NCBI GenBank assembly: GCA_000091205.1
Contig: AP006502.2
Source of the DNA: Cyanidioschyzon merolae
Lineage: Eukaryota
Strand: one strand, 5' to 3'
DNA: 64,000 nt
Shown: in pieces, positions 34,381-45,520 of the stretch
Layout of the letters: each line of letters starts with the position of its first letter
How positions within the stretch are numbered: the stretch's first letter is position 1
Program-made: the position numbers and the translations under genes
Notes under the pieces: model-generated
Told to the model about the DNA's origin: nothing
Seen by the model: the letters and a program-made list of their open reading frames with translations, nothing else
Database searches by the model: none

Positions 34381-37300
34381 TCACGATGTACCCGCTCCAT
34401 CGCGACCGCTGTCATCAGCGATACCTCCGGTCACATCGTCATCATCGTCAAGAGTCAGGTTGCCGAGGTCTACCTCGCGCGCCATGCTTGCCCGAGCTAT
34501 TTGCGCATAGATGCCATGAGCGCGCTCCATGAGTACGTAATGGGGTCCTTGCTCGACGACGTGTCCACTTTCGATGACACTAATCATGTCGGCAAAGTAG
34601 AGACTCTCGACGAGGTCGGCACGCAGCACGAAAACGACAGTGCGACCCGTGCAGATCGCTTTCAGGTCCAGTGCGACACCGTTCACCGTCATATCGAGCA
34701 ACGCCGCGTAACTCTCCGAGTCCAACAGAAGCATACTCGGATTACGGAGAAGGACGCGTGCAATGCCCAGCGCCTGCAACTGCGACGACGTGAAAAGCGC
34801 CTGTGCCGTTCTCGCTGATGGAACCATGGTCTGGTATCCGTTCGCAAGACGTAGAATCACCTCATGCATACCGACTAACGAGGCCGCACGGCGTACTTCC
34901 GCAAAGCATGTCCCAGTAGCACCAAAAGCGATGTTCTCGAAAACAGTCAGGCCGGCAATGAGACGGCTACCACGCCAGGGCACCAAGCCTATGGCAGCCG
35001 TCAGGGCCGCAGATGTGTAATCCTGCATCGGGTGCTCGCCAAGCATGATCCTGCCGCTGTCGGGGCGGCGCTTACCCGAAAGTAGCTCCAAAAGCAGTCG
35101 CTCCTCGCGTCGTTTCCGTAGAATGATACAATGGATCTGGTGATGTTCGATGGTGAGGTTCAGACTATGAAACACGTACTGCGCATAACGGCTGCCGATA
35201 CCATGCCGCGGGACCTTAGGATCGAGCGTATATGACTCCGCAAAAGAGCCGAACGGGGTTCCTGGGGACTGTGCGGAGGCGGGTGCGCTCCCGCTACGGC
35301 CACTGGTGGTTGACGAGACGCCGCGATCCTCTTCAAGAGGCGATGCGGTGGATGAGGCTTTCGATGCCCAGTCCTCAGGATCGTCCTTGACCGAGACATT
35401 ATCGAAAACAACGCGTACGCAGCGGTCGTCGACGCGCAAAACAGTTCCCAATCCTGCCTGACTAGCATCAACGATATCGAGCACGAAATCCAGGTACGCA
35501 TAGAGGTTCTGGCGTGCGTGCGAGTAACGCACCAGATTCTCCGTCATTCGAAGCAAGCTGATAATAAGCATGATGGCGAACAGAATGGCGGTTACTAGAC
35601 GGCCGCTTGAGCGATGCTTCGTTCTGGCAAGATGCCCGCCAATATAAATACCCAATACCGCGAAAATAGCGAGCACGAGGCCAAACGTCAGACCGCGTAG
35701 CAAGGACTGCAAGAGGTTCAGCCGCGCATCATGTTCACGTTCCACATCCGTAAACTCGTAAAGCCGTTGGAACTCCTTCTGGAACTGTTCTAGATAGACG
35801 ACGTTCGGCAGCGCAGCTCGGGACAGTTGCAGAAACTCACGAGCTTTCCGTGCTGCTTCTTCGTACCGCTGCTGGGCCCTGCGTGTAACGAACAGCTGGA
35901 GCATGCCCAGACCAGCAAGAATGGGCGTCGTGCCCAGAAGCACCAAAGTCAGAAACCAACTTTCAATGATACCGAAAATAAAGCTGCTGATAGCCTGCGC
36001 TGCGTACAAAGCGACACTCGACAGGTGCTCCACAGCGTCCAATACAAGTAGCTCCATTCGATCCAGTGTGTTCTGTTCGAAGAGCCAGCGATCGAGTCGA
36101 TCCGTGCCGACACCCGTTGTCAAAAGAAGCGCAGCAAACGACCAGAGACGGAGTCGGTAACGGACACGGCGACCAATCGTACCAAGCGAGCGACTCTGCC
36201 AGAGAACTACAAACGCAGCGGCACCGCTGATCACCCCGAATCCGATAAGGTAGCGATGAATGCTCGACACTGGGTTTCCAGCGATCACACCGTAAAAGAT
36301 CTGTGCCCAGTAATTCACGACGTGCCCGAAAAGGAACAGATACGCGGGAAAAATAACGCCAGATGCAAGGGCTGCCAACAACCCACCGACTGTCAACAGA
36401 GGTGCATTGAGGAGCCACTGACGCGGTGATAAGAGGTTCGCGATACTCTTCAGTTCTGCTAGATTGCGCTCAACGGTGTCCGAATCCACGGAGCACGCAC
36501 AGAGCGAAAATCCACAACACTGGAAGAGACCGCATCGGCGATTCCAGAGGGGTGGCAACGCTGCACTCATCGCAGGTTCGTCGGCAGAATCTCCATTCGC
36601 ATCATGCTGAGGTAAAGACTCTTCTGCACACTGTTTGGTGGCAGTCGAACTGGAACCAAGCGCCTTCTTCATCGATTCCGCCAGGGTGCGCGCGTACAGC
36701 GAGCCATCCGGGTAGATCCCGTAGACAAGCATCGCATAATAATCCATAAAAAATTCGCCGTGATCCGGCGAACTTCGCAACTTCTTGTTGAACACGTGTC
36801 TGAGGGCCTTGAACTTACCAAAGCCCCGCATGGAATCACCAGCTGGAAGCGACGTGGAAGCTTGCGCATCGCCTGGATATCGGCCAGCGGGCCCTGCAGA
36901 GCCAAAAGACGGCGATGTTTTGGGAAAGGCAGCCTGCATCCCCTGACGTGCTGCAGCTAACTGTTTCCCCGATGGATGTGGACCCTGCGCAGGTTGCGCC
37001 CCCGCAATATCGTCAACTGTAATCGCCACTGCGTCTTGGTCAACCAAACTCCGATTCATGGCGGCTTGAAAGGTCCCGTGTACAGCGTCGCTCGCTGTGG
37101 CAGGCGGCGTACTCTTGTTGAGATACTTGCGTGGAACGTAGGTTGGCGGCTCGTCTTCAGACGATGCGGAAGACAACGCCGAAGACGAGAGGTGTCCCGC
37201 CGAGCCTGTGTCCCCTGTATGAGCACCTGCGACAACGTTGTTTGCGGAAATAAGGCCAGTTCGAGGCGCGCTTTCAGACTGCGCACTGCCGCCGTCTGCA

Positions 37301-37704
37301 GCTGCTGCCGCCGAAGCTGTGCCTGCGACAACGTGTCTCTCGTCCGTACCACTCTGAGCTGCTGAAGAGCCACTGCTCTCAACTATGCTGAGTGCATTCT
37401 CGACAGCACGACCTTGAACAACACCAGCGGGTTCCATAGGGTTTCCGTGGGTCTCGAGATTAGCAGCTGCGCCGCTTCGTGAGCTCCCAGTCGACCGGGT
37501 GCTCCCAGCTGCGTTTGGCCTAGTAATATCCTCCCGTCGCTCCCCTGGACCATTACGGTTCGCATCCATAAAGTATCCAGTTCCCTTGTACGGATTTCCC
37601 GTGACCTCCACTGGACAATAGCACAAGGGGAACCCAACAGAGCGTTGCGTTTGTTCGCAACCTGGTGCTGCGGCGAAGAAACCGCGAGTACGAATCTTCT
37701 TCAT
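34381..37704 (-). CDS. ABC-transporter-like membrane protein (TMD + degenerate, probably non-catalytic NBD) with long disordered N-terminus
   Basis: The ABC NBD fold is recognisable in the C-terminal ~250 aa, but the key motifs are degenerate. Walker A position reads 'IILRKRREERLLLELLSGKRRPDSGRIML'. The signature LSGGQ is replaced by 'SSQLQALGIARVLL'. Walker B 'LLLDEAT' is replaced by 'LLLDSESYAALD'. Six or more TM helices lie upstream. Confidence 0.6.
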   Translation of the reverse strand: MKKIRTRGFFAAAPGCEQTQRSVGFPLCYCPVEVTGNPYKGTGYFMDANRNGPGERREDITRPNAAGSTRSTGSSRSGAAANLETHGNPMEPAGVVQGRAVENALSIVESSGSSAAQSGTDERHVVAGTASAAAAADGGSAQSESAPRTGLISANNVVAGAHTGDTGSAGHLSSSALSSASSEDEPPTYVPRKYLNKSTPPATASDAVHGTFQAAMNRSLVDQDAVAITVDDIAGAQPAQGPHPSGKQLAAARQGMQAAFPKTSPSFGSAGPAGRYPGDAQASTSLPAGDSMRGFGKFKALRHVFNKKLRSSPDHGEFFMDYYAMLVYGIYPDGSLYARTLAESMKKALGSSSTATKQCAEESLPQHDANGDSADEPAMSAALPPLWNRRCGLFQCCGFSLCACSVDSDTVERNLAELKSIANLLSPRQWLLNAPLLTVGGLLAALASGVIFPAYLFLFGHVVNYWAQIFYGVIAGNPVSSIHRYLIGFGVISGAAAFVVLWQSRSLGTIGRRVRYRLRLWSFAALLLTTGVGTDRLDRWLFEQNTLDRMELLVLDAVEHLSSVALYAAQAISSFIFGIIESWFLTLVLLGTTPILAGLGMLQLFVTRRAQQRYEEAARKAREFLQLSRAALPNVVYLEQFQKEFQRLYEFTDVEREHDARLNLLQSLLRGLTFGLVLAIFAVLGIYIGGHLARTKHRSSGRLVTAILFAIMLIISLLRMTENLVRYSHARQNLYAYLDFVLDIVDASQAGLGTVLRVDDRCVRVVFDNVSVKDDPEDWASKASSTASPLEEDRGVSSTTSGRSGSAPASAQSPGTPFGSFAESYTLDPKVPRHGIGSRYAQYVFHSLNLTIEHHQIHCIILRKRREERLLLELLSGKRRPDSGRIMLGEHPMQDYTSAALTAAIGLVPWRGSRLIAGLTVFENIAFGATGTCFAEVRRAASLVGMHEVILRLANGYQTMVPSARTAQALFTSSQLQALGIARVLLRNPSMLLLDSESYAALLDMTVNGVALDLKAICTGRTVVFVLRADLVESLYFADMISVIESGHVVEQGPHYVLMERAHGIYAQIARASMAREVDLGNLTLDDDDDVTGGIADDSGRDGAGTS

Positions 37705-37774
37705 GGCGGTGATGTGGCGGCACTGGGCGCCTGCGGGCCATCGCGTAGCCTATGCATCTGTCGAGCGCCACGTC

Positions 37775-38528
37775 AACGGATCTCAAGATCGACGCTGATG
37801 CGCTGATACATATCGGAATTTGGACACGTGTGCTTCGCGGACCTCGTGTGTGCCTGCGTGCAACGTACATGAATCGGTACATTTCAGTTCGCAAGATCGA
37901 CGCTGATGCGCTGATACATATCGGAATATGGACACGTGTGCTTCGCGGACCTCGTGTGTGCCTGCGTGCAACGTACATGAATCGGTACATTTCAGTTCGC
38001 AAGATTGACGCTGATGCGCTGATACATATCGGAATATGGACACGTGTGCTTCGCGGACCTCGTGTGTGCCTGCGTGCAACGTACATGAATCGGTACATTT
38101 CAGTTCGCGAGATCGACGCTGATGCGCTGATACATATCGGAATATGGACACGTGTGCTTCGCGGACCTCGTGTGTGCCTGCGTGCAACGTACATGAATCG
38201 GTACATTTCAGTTCGCAAGATCGACGCTGATGCGCTGATACATATCGGAATATGGACACGTGTGCTTCGCGGACCTCGTGTGTGCCTGCGTGCAACGTAC
38301 ATGAATCGGTACATTTCAGTTCGCAAGATCGACGCTGATGCGCTGATACAAATCGGAATATGGACACGTGTGCTTCGCGGACCTCGTGTGTGCCTGCGTG
38401 CAACGTACATGAATCGGTACATTTCAGTTCGCGAGATCGACGCTGATGCGCTGATACATATCGGAATATGGACACGTGTGCTTCGCGGACCTCGTGTGTG
38501 CCTGCGTGCAACGTACATGAATCGGTAA
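37775..38528. repeat. minisatellite: ~7 tandem copies of a 108-bp unit
   Basis: The unit '...cgctgatacatatcggaatatggacacgtgtgcttcgcggacctcgtgtgtgcctgcgtgcaacgtacatgaatcggtacatttcagttcgc(a/g)agatcgacgctgatg' recurs at 37801, 37909, 38017, 38125, 38233, 38341 and 38449. It produces 36-aa periodic artefact ORFs on both strands. Confidence 0.95.
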
Positions 38529-40092
38529 CGTTGCGTGATCCGATTGGAAACCTAAACTCGTTTCAGACCGGAAGCAGAACCGTTCGGGATGGAACAGCGT
38601 CAAAGTGTATTCTTCCATACCGCGGTTTTTATTTTTTTGAAATTGTATGCGTTCAGGAGAAATGATTCACGCAAAACGTTGTCATTTTGGGTGTCTCGTT
38701 CGATGCTGTCAAAAATAATACTTGAGGTCTTTACGTTCCAGAACATTGCCTGCAATTGCAATGCCATTAGGCGGTGTTTGGCGATATGGTTTGAACGCGG
38801 GCTTCCGTGCGCCCGCTGAAATCCCTAGGGCTTTGCTCGGGTCTTGCGCAGAGTGCTTGACAGCCAGCAAGTGGCATTGGATCACGCTGGGCTGTAGCCA
38901 GGGCGTTGGGTATACTCGAATCGAGGCACTTGTCTGTGGAGCAATGGATGATGTACGTTCTACGAAGCGTGAATAGATAGGGCGTCGTCCGCTGTTTCTG
39001 CTGGGGGATTCGTCCATTACCAAACAACAGCTAGAGGCTTGCCATGAAAACTCGCCCTTTGAATAGGGATTTGCGGCGCATCTAGATACCTCCTGTGCCA
39101 GTGTCGCTTCATGGTATCGCCTAGCATTCGATCAAGCCCTCCGTTACTCCAGCAATTGAAGCCCTCGAGAGGAGCAACGGTGAAACAGATGCAAAGTAAA
39201 GTATGCATCCATGCTACGCAGCGGATCCTGGTAGAATCACTGCATACAGGGGATTCGTACAGGAGAAGGACCGTTTTCGCATTAGTCCAATGATATAGAA
39301 CAGGCCAGTCTTCAAGACGAGCATCTTAACCATCCTCGGTTGCGTTATCCGAGCGGAATAATTGCCTTCTACACAATCACTCATGACTGGGTCTGTGTTC
39401 ACAGCACCTGCATGAATCGGGGTATAACCAATGAAGGAGATTCCCCACGATAGCGCACGACGCCGCGTTCGTGCCAGTACCACCATGCCATGAACACATG
39501 CTGATTACGCCATTTGCATCGCCAACTTCTCGTCGACAATAGAAACGCACGAGACTCGATGCACTTGTCCGCAATGCGGGCGACATCGCGTGCCTCAGAG
39601 ATCCGTTTGCGATTGGCCGTTCAATATATATTTACAAAGATCCAGGCCGACTGTGTGGCGTGCAGACGGAGACAACAAAGCCACCGTGGATCGTCATCAG
39701 CCTACAATGCCACAGATTCGTGCACGATCCACCGTTTAATAAAAACGGAGATCGTCGACGTCTCGCAGCAAGCGCATGCGTTCGAGTTTTGCATGCAATC
39801 GTCAACGTCAATCTTCATGCAAGAGAAACTATTCGTCCGAATCACTGAGCAGAAGCTAATTGCCAGCGAATTCCATCCGTCACACGAGAGAGAGAACATC
39901 CGCATATGCTGTAGTACATTTTGCGTGAACGGAATCAAGGAACATCTGTTATTTCCAGTGGTTTGCAGCTTCGATGCGACGGCGACGACGACGACGACCA
40001 CAACATCGCCTAGCACGACCCACCCATGCGTTCGAATCGTCCAAGCGAGGCCATTCGCCAGCATCCGAATCCTATGCTGCGCTTGTTTCCCG

Positions 40093-41304
40093 TCAGACAC
40101 CAACAATCACTGGGACATGGTCGCCGCCCTGTTCAAGCACCACAGAGCGCGCTCGATGATACGCTTCTCCGTCGAGAGATACAAGTTGCGGTGGATCAAG
40201 CTTGATGCGTATCCACGAGCACTTGAAATATCGGCACGATTGATCGTGGATGTGCTGTCCTGACTCCAACTGGAACATGAACTGGGCCAGTCGGAGCCTT
40301 GATACACCGGCAGGCACCAACAGCACATCCATGCAGGCGTCGTGCGCGTTCGCCAACGGAGCGAACTGTGCCTGTGGCGAAGCGTGGGTAACGTTCATAA
40401 TCACAATGAGCACATACTCGCGTTGTGCAATTGTTTCCGTGAGTTCATCTGCAGTTCGCCATCCCATTTCGGATTGCGAATCACGAATCACGTGGCGATA
40501 CTCAATCGCAGCAGAGAAGACGCGCTTACGAAGAATATACCAGCCAGCTCCGATGTTGAAACGAATCTGTCCCAGGCAGCGCATCCGCTCCGTTCGGATG
40601 TCAAGGTCCGCCACCAAACCTATCGTCAGCGAAAGGAACGCATACCCATTGGAACGACCGTTCAAAGACGATCGCGAAGTCATACGTGACGACTCTGTGG
40701 AAACAGAGTCCGCCTCATCAGCCTCTTCACCGGAGTTGGAACGAGTTAGGAGCGGAGTGTTCTCGGAAGAGACAGCCTTTGGACGCCTCCTGAACCGCAG
40801 ACAACCACAACAACGGCGCTCTCGATAAGACTCCGTTTCTTTCGCCCAGGATTTCGCAGAAACATCCGTAATCTCGTAGTGAAAGGCGTCTAGGCGCTCG
40901 CAAACCCCACAGAGCTCGCCACGTGACGTGCACTGGTGCAAGAGCGTCCCTATACGCCGGGCGGCCTCCAAAGCATCAACGACACCGAACGAAGCGGCGA
41001 GTCCGTTTCCCGTGCCCAGCGGAATGATACCCAAAGGTACTTCTGTTCCATACAAAACGTTTGCGACCTGGTGGAAAGTACCGTCACCACCGACACAGAG
41101 GACTGCCAGGGGCTCGCTCGGCGCAAACACGGCAGCTCGGGTTGGCAGGTCATCAGGAAACTGGGTCCAGAACTCCTCTATTTCTAGAGAAGGCTCGGCT
41201 GCAAGTAAAGTACGCTTGACCTCCTCCCAACGGCGTTTGACAGCTTGAAAATTCTTGCCCCCGCTCCTGCTGTTAATTACGACAAACAGGCGTTTCGTTA
41301 CCAT
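40093..41304 (-). CDS. lipid kinase with diacylglycerol-kinase catalytic domain (sphingosine/ceramide kinase-like)
   Basis: The DAGK_cat motifs are 'RLFVVINSRSGGKN', 'VLCVGGDGTFHQVANVL' and 'LGIIPLGTGNGLAASFG'. Confidence 0.8.
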   Translation of the reverse strand: MVTKRLFVVINSRSGGKNFQAVKRRWEEVKRTLLAAEPSLEIEEFWTQFPDDLPTRAAVFAPSEPLAVLCVGGDGTFHQVANVLYGTEVPLGIIPLGTGNGLAASFGVVDALEAARRIGTLLHQCTSRGELCGVCERLDAFHYEITDVSAKSWAKETESYRERRCCGCLRFRRRPKAVSSENTPLLTRSNSGEEADEADSVSTESSRMTSRSSLNGRSNGYAFLSLTIGLVADLDIRTERMRCLGQIRFNIGAGWYILRKRVFSAAIEYRHVIRDSQSEMGWRTADELTETIAQREYVLIVIMNVTHASPQAQFAPLANAHDACMDVLLVPAGVSRLRLAQFMFQLESGQHIHDQSCRYFKCSWIRIKLDPPQLVSLDGEAYHRARSVVLEQGGDHVPVIVGV

Positions 41305-41689
41305 CGAAAAAGCAGACGGAGTTGCAATGACGGGCAGTGGTCAGTGCGAGTTTCGCGATTCCCGTACAGGAGCCAAATCAAAACGGTACACCAGAGTGCT
41401 CGCGCTGTTCCTGCCTTGAGCATTTTTTTCGAAGTTTTGTTTGATGTTCAGTCTCTATTCTTGAAGTGGAGTTATTGGTGAATGAAAGATTTATACTAGG
41501 GTCTAGGTTGGTCAACCGCTCGCTCGGAGTGAAACCTTCGACGTTTTGTTGCCTCTGAAATTTGTGACCTCATAGACGACACAATAAAGCGGAATTCAAT
41601 TGAATATGGGTTCGTAAAATATCCGGTATCATTATCTAGTTCATACCTACAAACCTCCACGGTTCTGCTCCAGAGTTGTGTGTCGCATG

Positions 41690-41950
41690 CTCAAATGGCA
41701 TATTCTTCAAGTTTTTCGAATACCCGCGTGCGTAGTTGTGTGTGTACGTTCATATGCGGTTGCCTATCAGTTTACGTGTGTGCACGCATGTGTACCCGCA
41801 TTTGTTCATGTGCATGGATGTATATCCATAAAGGCGTGTGAGCGTCTTTATTCTTATGTGCGTATGAGTGTCTTTATGTGCATGGGCGTACGCGGATGCG
41901 TGTTCATGTGCATGTGTGTGTGTGTGTGGACGCGCCACTGTCGCCTCCCG
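41690..41950. repeat. degenerate GT/CATGTG-rich alternating purine-pyrimidine low-complexity tract
   Basis: Strings such as 'gtgtgtgcacgcatgtgtacccgcatttgttcatgtgcatggatg...catgtgcatgtgtgtgtgtgtgtgg' fill the interval. They produce His/Thr/Cys-rich artefact ORFs. Confidence 0.85.
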
Positions 41951-42318
41951 GAGCACTTCATACGAGAATAGGTGTTCTGCATGTCTGCGAGTCTCTCGTT
42001 TTGTCCTGAGCTATTCAGATAGCGAGCTTCGGACTCGAAAGGCGGGACATCCGGCGTTCAACATTGCCGGGAAGCCACCAATCGATGGTGATGGCGATGA
42101 CGATGATAAAGAAACCCCTTGAGGCCCATCACATTTTCAAGAGCTCCGCTGTAGCCTGCGCGTCTACGCCGTCCCTACGTGCAGGTTTTCGCAAACGTGG
42201 CAAAAGTGATGTGTCGACTCCTTCGTGAACAGAGGTTTGGATCGCTGCGCTTGTGATCACGATAATCGGGTCCGCATACCAGCTCGCAGAGTTACCACCG
42301 CTGCGCGACCTCGGTGCG

Positions 42319-43986
42319 TCAGAGAACAAAGCGGCTTAGATCCGTTTTCAGCAGCATGCCACCAAGCGCATCGCGAACATTCATCACGTCAATGAGAACT
42401 CGTTGGCCTCGCATTTCCGGAGCCTCAAAGCTTATCGTTTCTATGATACGTTCCACAACCGTATGTAAACGACGTGCACCGATATTTTCCACCGTTGTGT
42501 TCACCTCTGCAGCAATCGCCGCCATTTCGTGAATAGCTGCATCCGTGAACTCAAGTTCGACGCCTTCGGTCCGAAGAAGTGCCACTTGTTGTTTCAGGAG
42601 CGAGTTCTCTGGTTCGGTGAGTATTCGGTACAGGTCCGCTTCGGTGAGACCTCTAAGCTCCACTCGAATCGGCAGACGACCTTGGAGCTCCGCCATGAGG
42701 TCACTAGGCTTACATTGATGAAAGGCTCCCGCAGCGACGAAGAGAATATGATCAGTATTCACGTTTCCGTACTTTGTGGAAACGGTGGTGCCTTCCAGAA
42801 GCGGCAATAGATCGCGCTGCACGCCCTCCGCCGAAGCATCCGCTCCGTGTCGGTAATGGCTTGGCGTACAGATCTTGTCGATTTCATCGAGAAAAACGAT
42901 ACCATCCTGTTCGGTAAGCTGAAGCGCCTGGCGGGTCAGGCTCTCATCCGAAAGTAAGCGCTCTGCTTCTGCCTCCTCGATGACGCGACGGGCATCCCGA
43001 ATTTTCATCCGCCGTTTGGAGGATGAATTCCCTCCAGCTCCGCTTCGCTGGACAGTAAAGATGCGATCAAGGCTGCGAATCATCTCCGTCATGCGCTCGG
43101 CACTGGCGTCACCGAGCTGCAGGAATCCCGGTCGATTCGAAAGCGGACGTGTTTCTTCGACCTCGATTTCGCGATCCTCCAAGGCACCTTTTCGCAGAAG
43201 ACTTCGGAAGGATTCACGGGTCGACTCGCGGGCTGCCGGACCGGTCAACTCATCGAGGATACGATCCTCCACGAGCTTGTCCAGTTCATTTTTGAGTCGC
43301 TTACGTTGTTTCTGTTTCACGAGAGAAATCGCGTTCTCGACCAAGTCTCGAATGATTTGATCCACATCACGTCCATGGAAACCAACTTCTGTGTATTTAG
43401 ACGCTTCAGTTTTCACGAACGGAGCGTCGACGAGCTTTGCAAGCCTTCGTGCGATCTCTGACTTGCCAACACCAGTGGGTCCGCACAGTAGAATGTTCTT
43501 AGGAGCAACCTCTTCCCGCAGTTCTGGAGGCAGCTGGTGGCGGCGCCAACGGTTTCGCAGTGCAATAGCCATGGCACGTTTTGCTTCCGTCTGACCAACA
43601 ATAAAGCGGTCTAGCTCCGCAACTACCGCACGAGGCGTAAGTGCTCCCGTAGCGTCCGGTTGTTCTGAGGGCGTCTCGGAGGTCGCAACAGAGTCGGGCT
43701 GGTGAAGCGACGAGAGGCTATCGTCTACGTTCACAGTGTGACGGTCACCAGAAGAGCATACGCTTCGTACACTCGTTCTGTACGTGAGTGAGACTGTTGA
43801 AGACGAAGGCCTTTGCAACGAAAAGCGATGTTGAGAAAACGAAGCAACGCTTCGTAGCCACAAGCGTTGCCTCGAAACGCTTCCATTGTGCTTGGTGAAC
43901 GTCCGGATGTAGCGAGTTATAGAAGAGAGTTCAGCTCTACTGTTTAAACGCATCTCTTGCGATAAACAGTAGCACACCTTCGGCAA
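42319..43986 (-). CDS. hslU: ATP-dependent protease ATPase subunit HslU (ClpY) homologue with ~110-aa N-terminal extension
   Basis: Near-colinear with bacterial HslU: 'IVGQTEAKRAMAIALRNRWRR', 'PKNILLCGPTGVGKSEIARRLAKLVDAPFVKTEASKYTEVGFHGRDVDQIIRDL', 'GIVFLDEIDKI' and the I-domain insertion. Confidence 0.9.
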   Translation of the reverse strand: MPKVCYCLSQEMRLNSRAELSSITRYIRTFTKHNGSVSRQRLWLRSVASFSQHRFSLQRPSSSTVSLTYRTSVRSVCSSGDRHTVNVDDSLSSLHQPDSVATSETPSEQPDATGALTPRAVVAELDRFIVGQTEAKRAMAIALRNRWRRHQLPPELREEVAPKNILLCGPTGVGKSEIARRLAKLVDAPFVKTEASKYTEVGFHGRDVDQIIRDLVENAISLVKQKQRKRLKNELDKLVEDRILDELTGPAARESTRESFRSLLRKGALEDREIEVEETRPLSNRPGFLQLGDASAERMTEMIRSLDRIFTVQRSGAGGNSSSKRRMKIRDARRVIEEAEAERLLSDESLTRQALQLTEQDGIVFLDEIDKICTPSHYRHGADASAEGVQRDLLPLLEGTTVSTKYGNVNTDHILFVAAGAFHQCKPSDLMAELQGRLPIRVELRGLTEADLYRILTEPENSLLKQQVALLRTEGVELEFTDAAIHEMAAIAAEVNTTVENIGARRLHTVVERIIETISFEAPEMRGQRVLIDVMNVRDALGGMLLKTDLSRFVL

Positions 43987-44310
43987 TAGCTATCACGCAG
44001 GGTGAACAGAGAATAGCAAATCCCGTTACTGCGGAGAGTTCGAGGCGGGCTCGCGCTATGCGGCGCGTACGAGCTGGCTGCGCTACCAGTCCGGCGAGCG
44101 CGACACTCGCTTTTCGACATGGAAGACCACATATCCATGTAAGCATAAAATGGAACCGGTCAATAAATCTAATCGGGAGTAAGCATTAATGTTGGCGTCT
44201 TTTCTCATTGTCATCAATAACAGCTTTTACGTGTCTTTTCCGCGACTGCTCCTTTGTTCTCTGTTGTATCTCCGGCATGAGATTCGTCGATCTCTATTTT
44301 TCCATCAAGC

Positions 44311-45520
44311 TCAATCGTCAGCAGTCGAAGTGTGTTGAAGGCAACTTCCTAGTCCCGATCTCGCCGCCTCCGGCTCTTGTCAAAGTACTACATGCACGGC
44401 CGGAAGCTGTAATCTACGCTTCGCCTGCCATTTTCATCTTCTTTAGATAAAGCAAAAGTGCGCCCTTCAGCGCCGCGGTCCTTGACTGTGTTCAGCTGTT
44501 CCCAAACGACCATCACATGACCTCCGAGCGCCATCCTGTGTCAGTTGAAGGCACGCCGCATCGCCCGGTACGGGACCGGTACAGTGCGCTCCGCTCGATA
44601 CCTTCTTCCGTGTCTCCGGCCACTGCCGAACCCTGCGATGACGGGCTTCTGCTGCACGATACCCTCGAGGAGTACGTTTTGCGCTACGTGCGCAAGCGCG
44701 CGCTGTTCCACGTAACAGAGGATCCGCGGAAAGCAACGCTGTCCGCAAGGAAACAAGAACCCCGAGAGAAGTCCAGTTTCGAGAAGTGACATATAAGTTT
44801 TCACTCCGTCTACGGTCCCTCCTTGCAAAACGACGACACGTTCTCCAGTCGAAACAACCGTTGCGATGTCTCAAGTCCGGGTCCAACACCCGATGCTCAT
44901 GCAGACAGAACAGCCGGGAGCAGCCTCTGGAGGCATATCCCTCGAACGGTAACCAGCTGGTGCTGCGGAACCCTGTATCGTTGATGGCCGCGAAGAGAGG
45001 AGCGTTTCTCTTCCCTACCTTGTCGACTATTAGATCACGTAGGGAAGATCAGTGAAATTGCGGCATGGACAGGCGAGCGAGTCCTCAGTGAACGATGTCG
45101 AGTTGCTTTTGTCGTCCGTCCAGTGGCGTGCAGAACTGCGCACATGCGTCGCCTTGAGGCAGCAAGGTCGGAAACTTGAAGAACGTGTCACTTGGGCGTG
45201 CGACGCATAAAGCTAAAAGAGAAGAACGGAGGTTTGTGTGTGTGTTTCTGTGAACTGAATTATGATACCGGATAGTTTACCAACCCATATTCATTCGAAT
45301 CCCGCTACATTCCGTCAACTACGACCTTCCAAAGTTCAGGGGCAGCAAGGCGTCGAAGGTTTCACTCCGAACAGACAGTCGAGCAACCTAGACCTTGGCG
45401 TAAATGTTTCATCCAGGAATGATTCCACTTCAAATATGGAGACTATACATCAACCAAAATTTCGAGGAAGCTGCTCAAGGCTGGCATAGCGCGAGCACTT
45501 CGGTGTAACACTTTGATCCG
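44311..45520. repeat. direct repeat copy 1 (~1.2 kb) of a duplicated segment
   Basis: About 97% identical to 49403-50612, with a few substitutions and small indels. Both copies share a 90-aa ORF (44517-44789 / 49608-49880) and a 75-103-aa ORF. Confidence 0.9.

Noticed and set aside
37775-38528. CRISPR-like array
   Set aside because: Units are 108 bp and directly abut one another with no unique spacers, and the context is eukaryotic; this is a minisatellite.
39514-40263. 249-aa plus-strand ORF
   Set aside because: Overlaps the 3' end of the well-supported minus-strand lipid-kinase gene, and its translation is low-complexity (poly-Thr from a gacgacgac run), so it is a likely antisense artefact.
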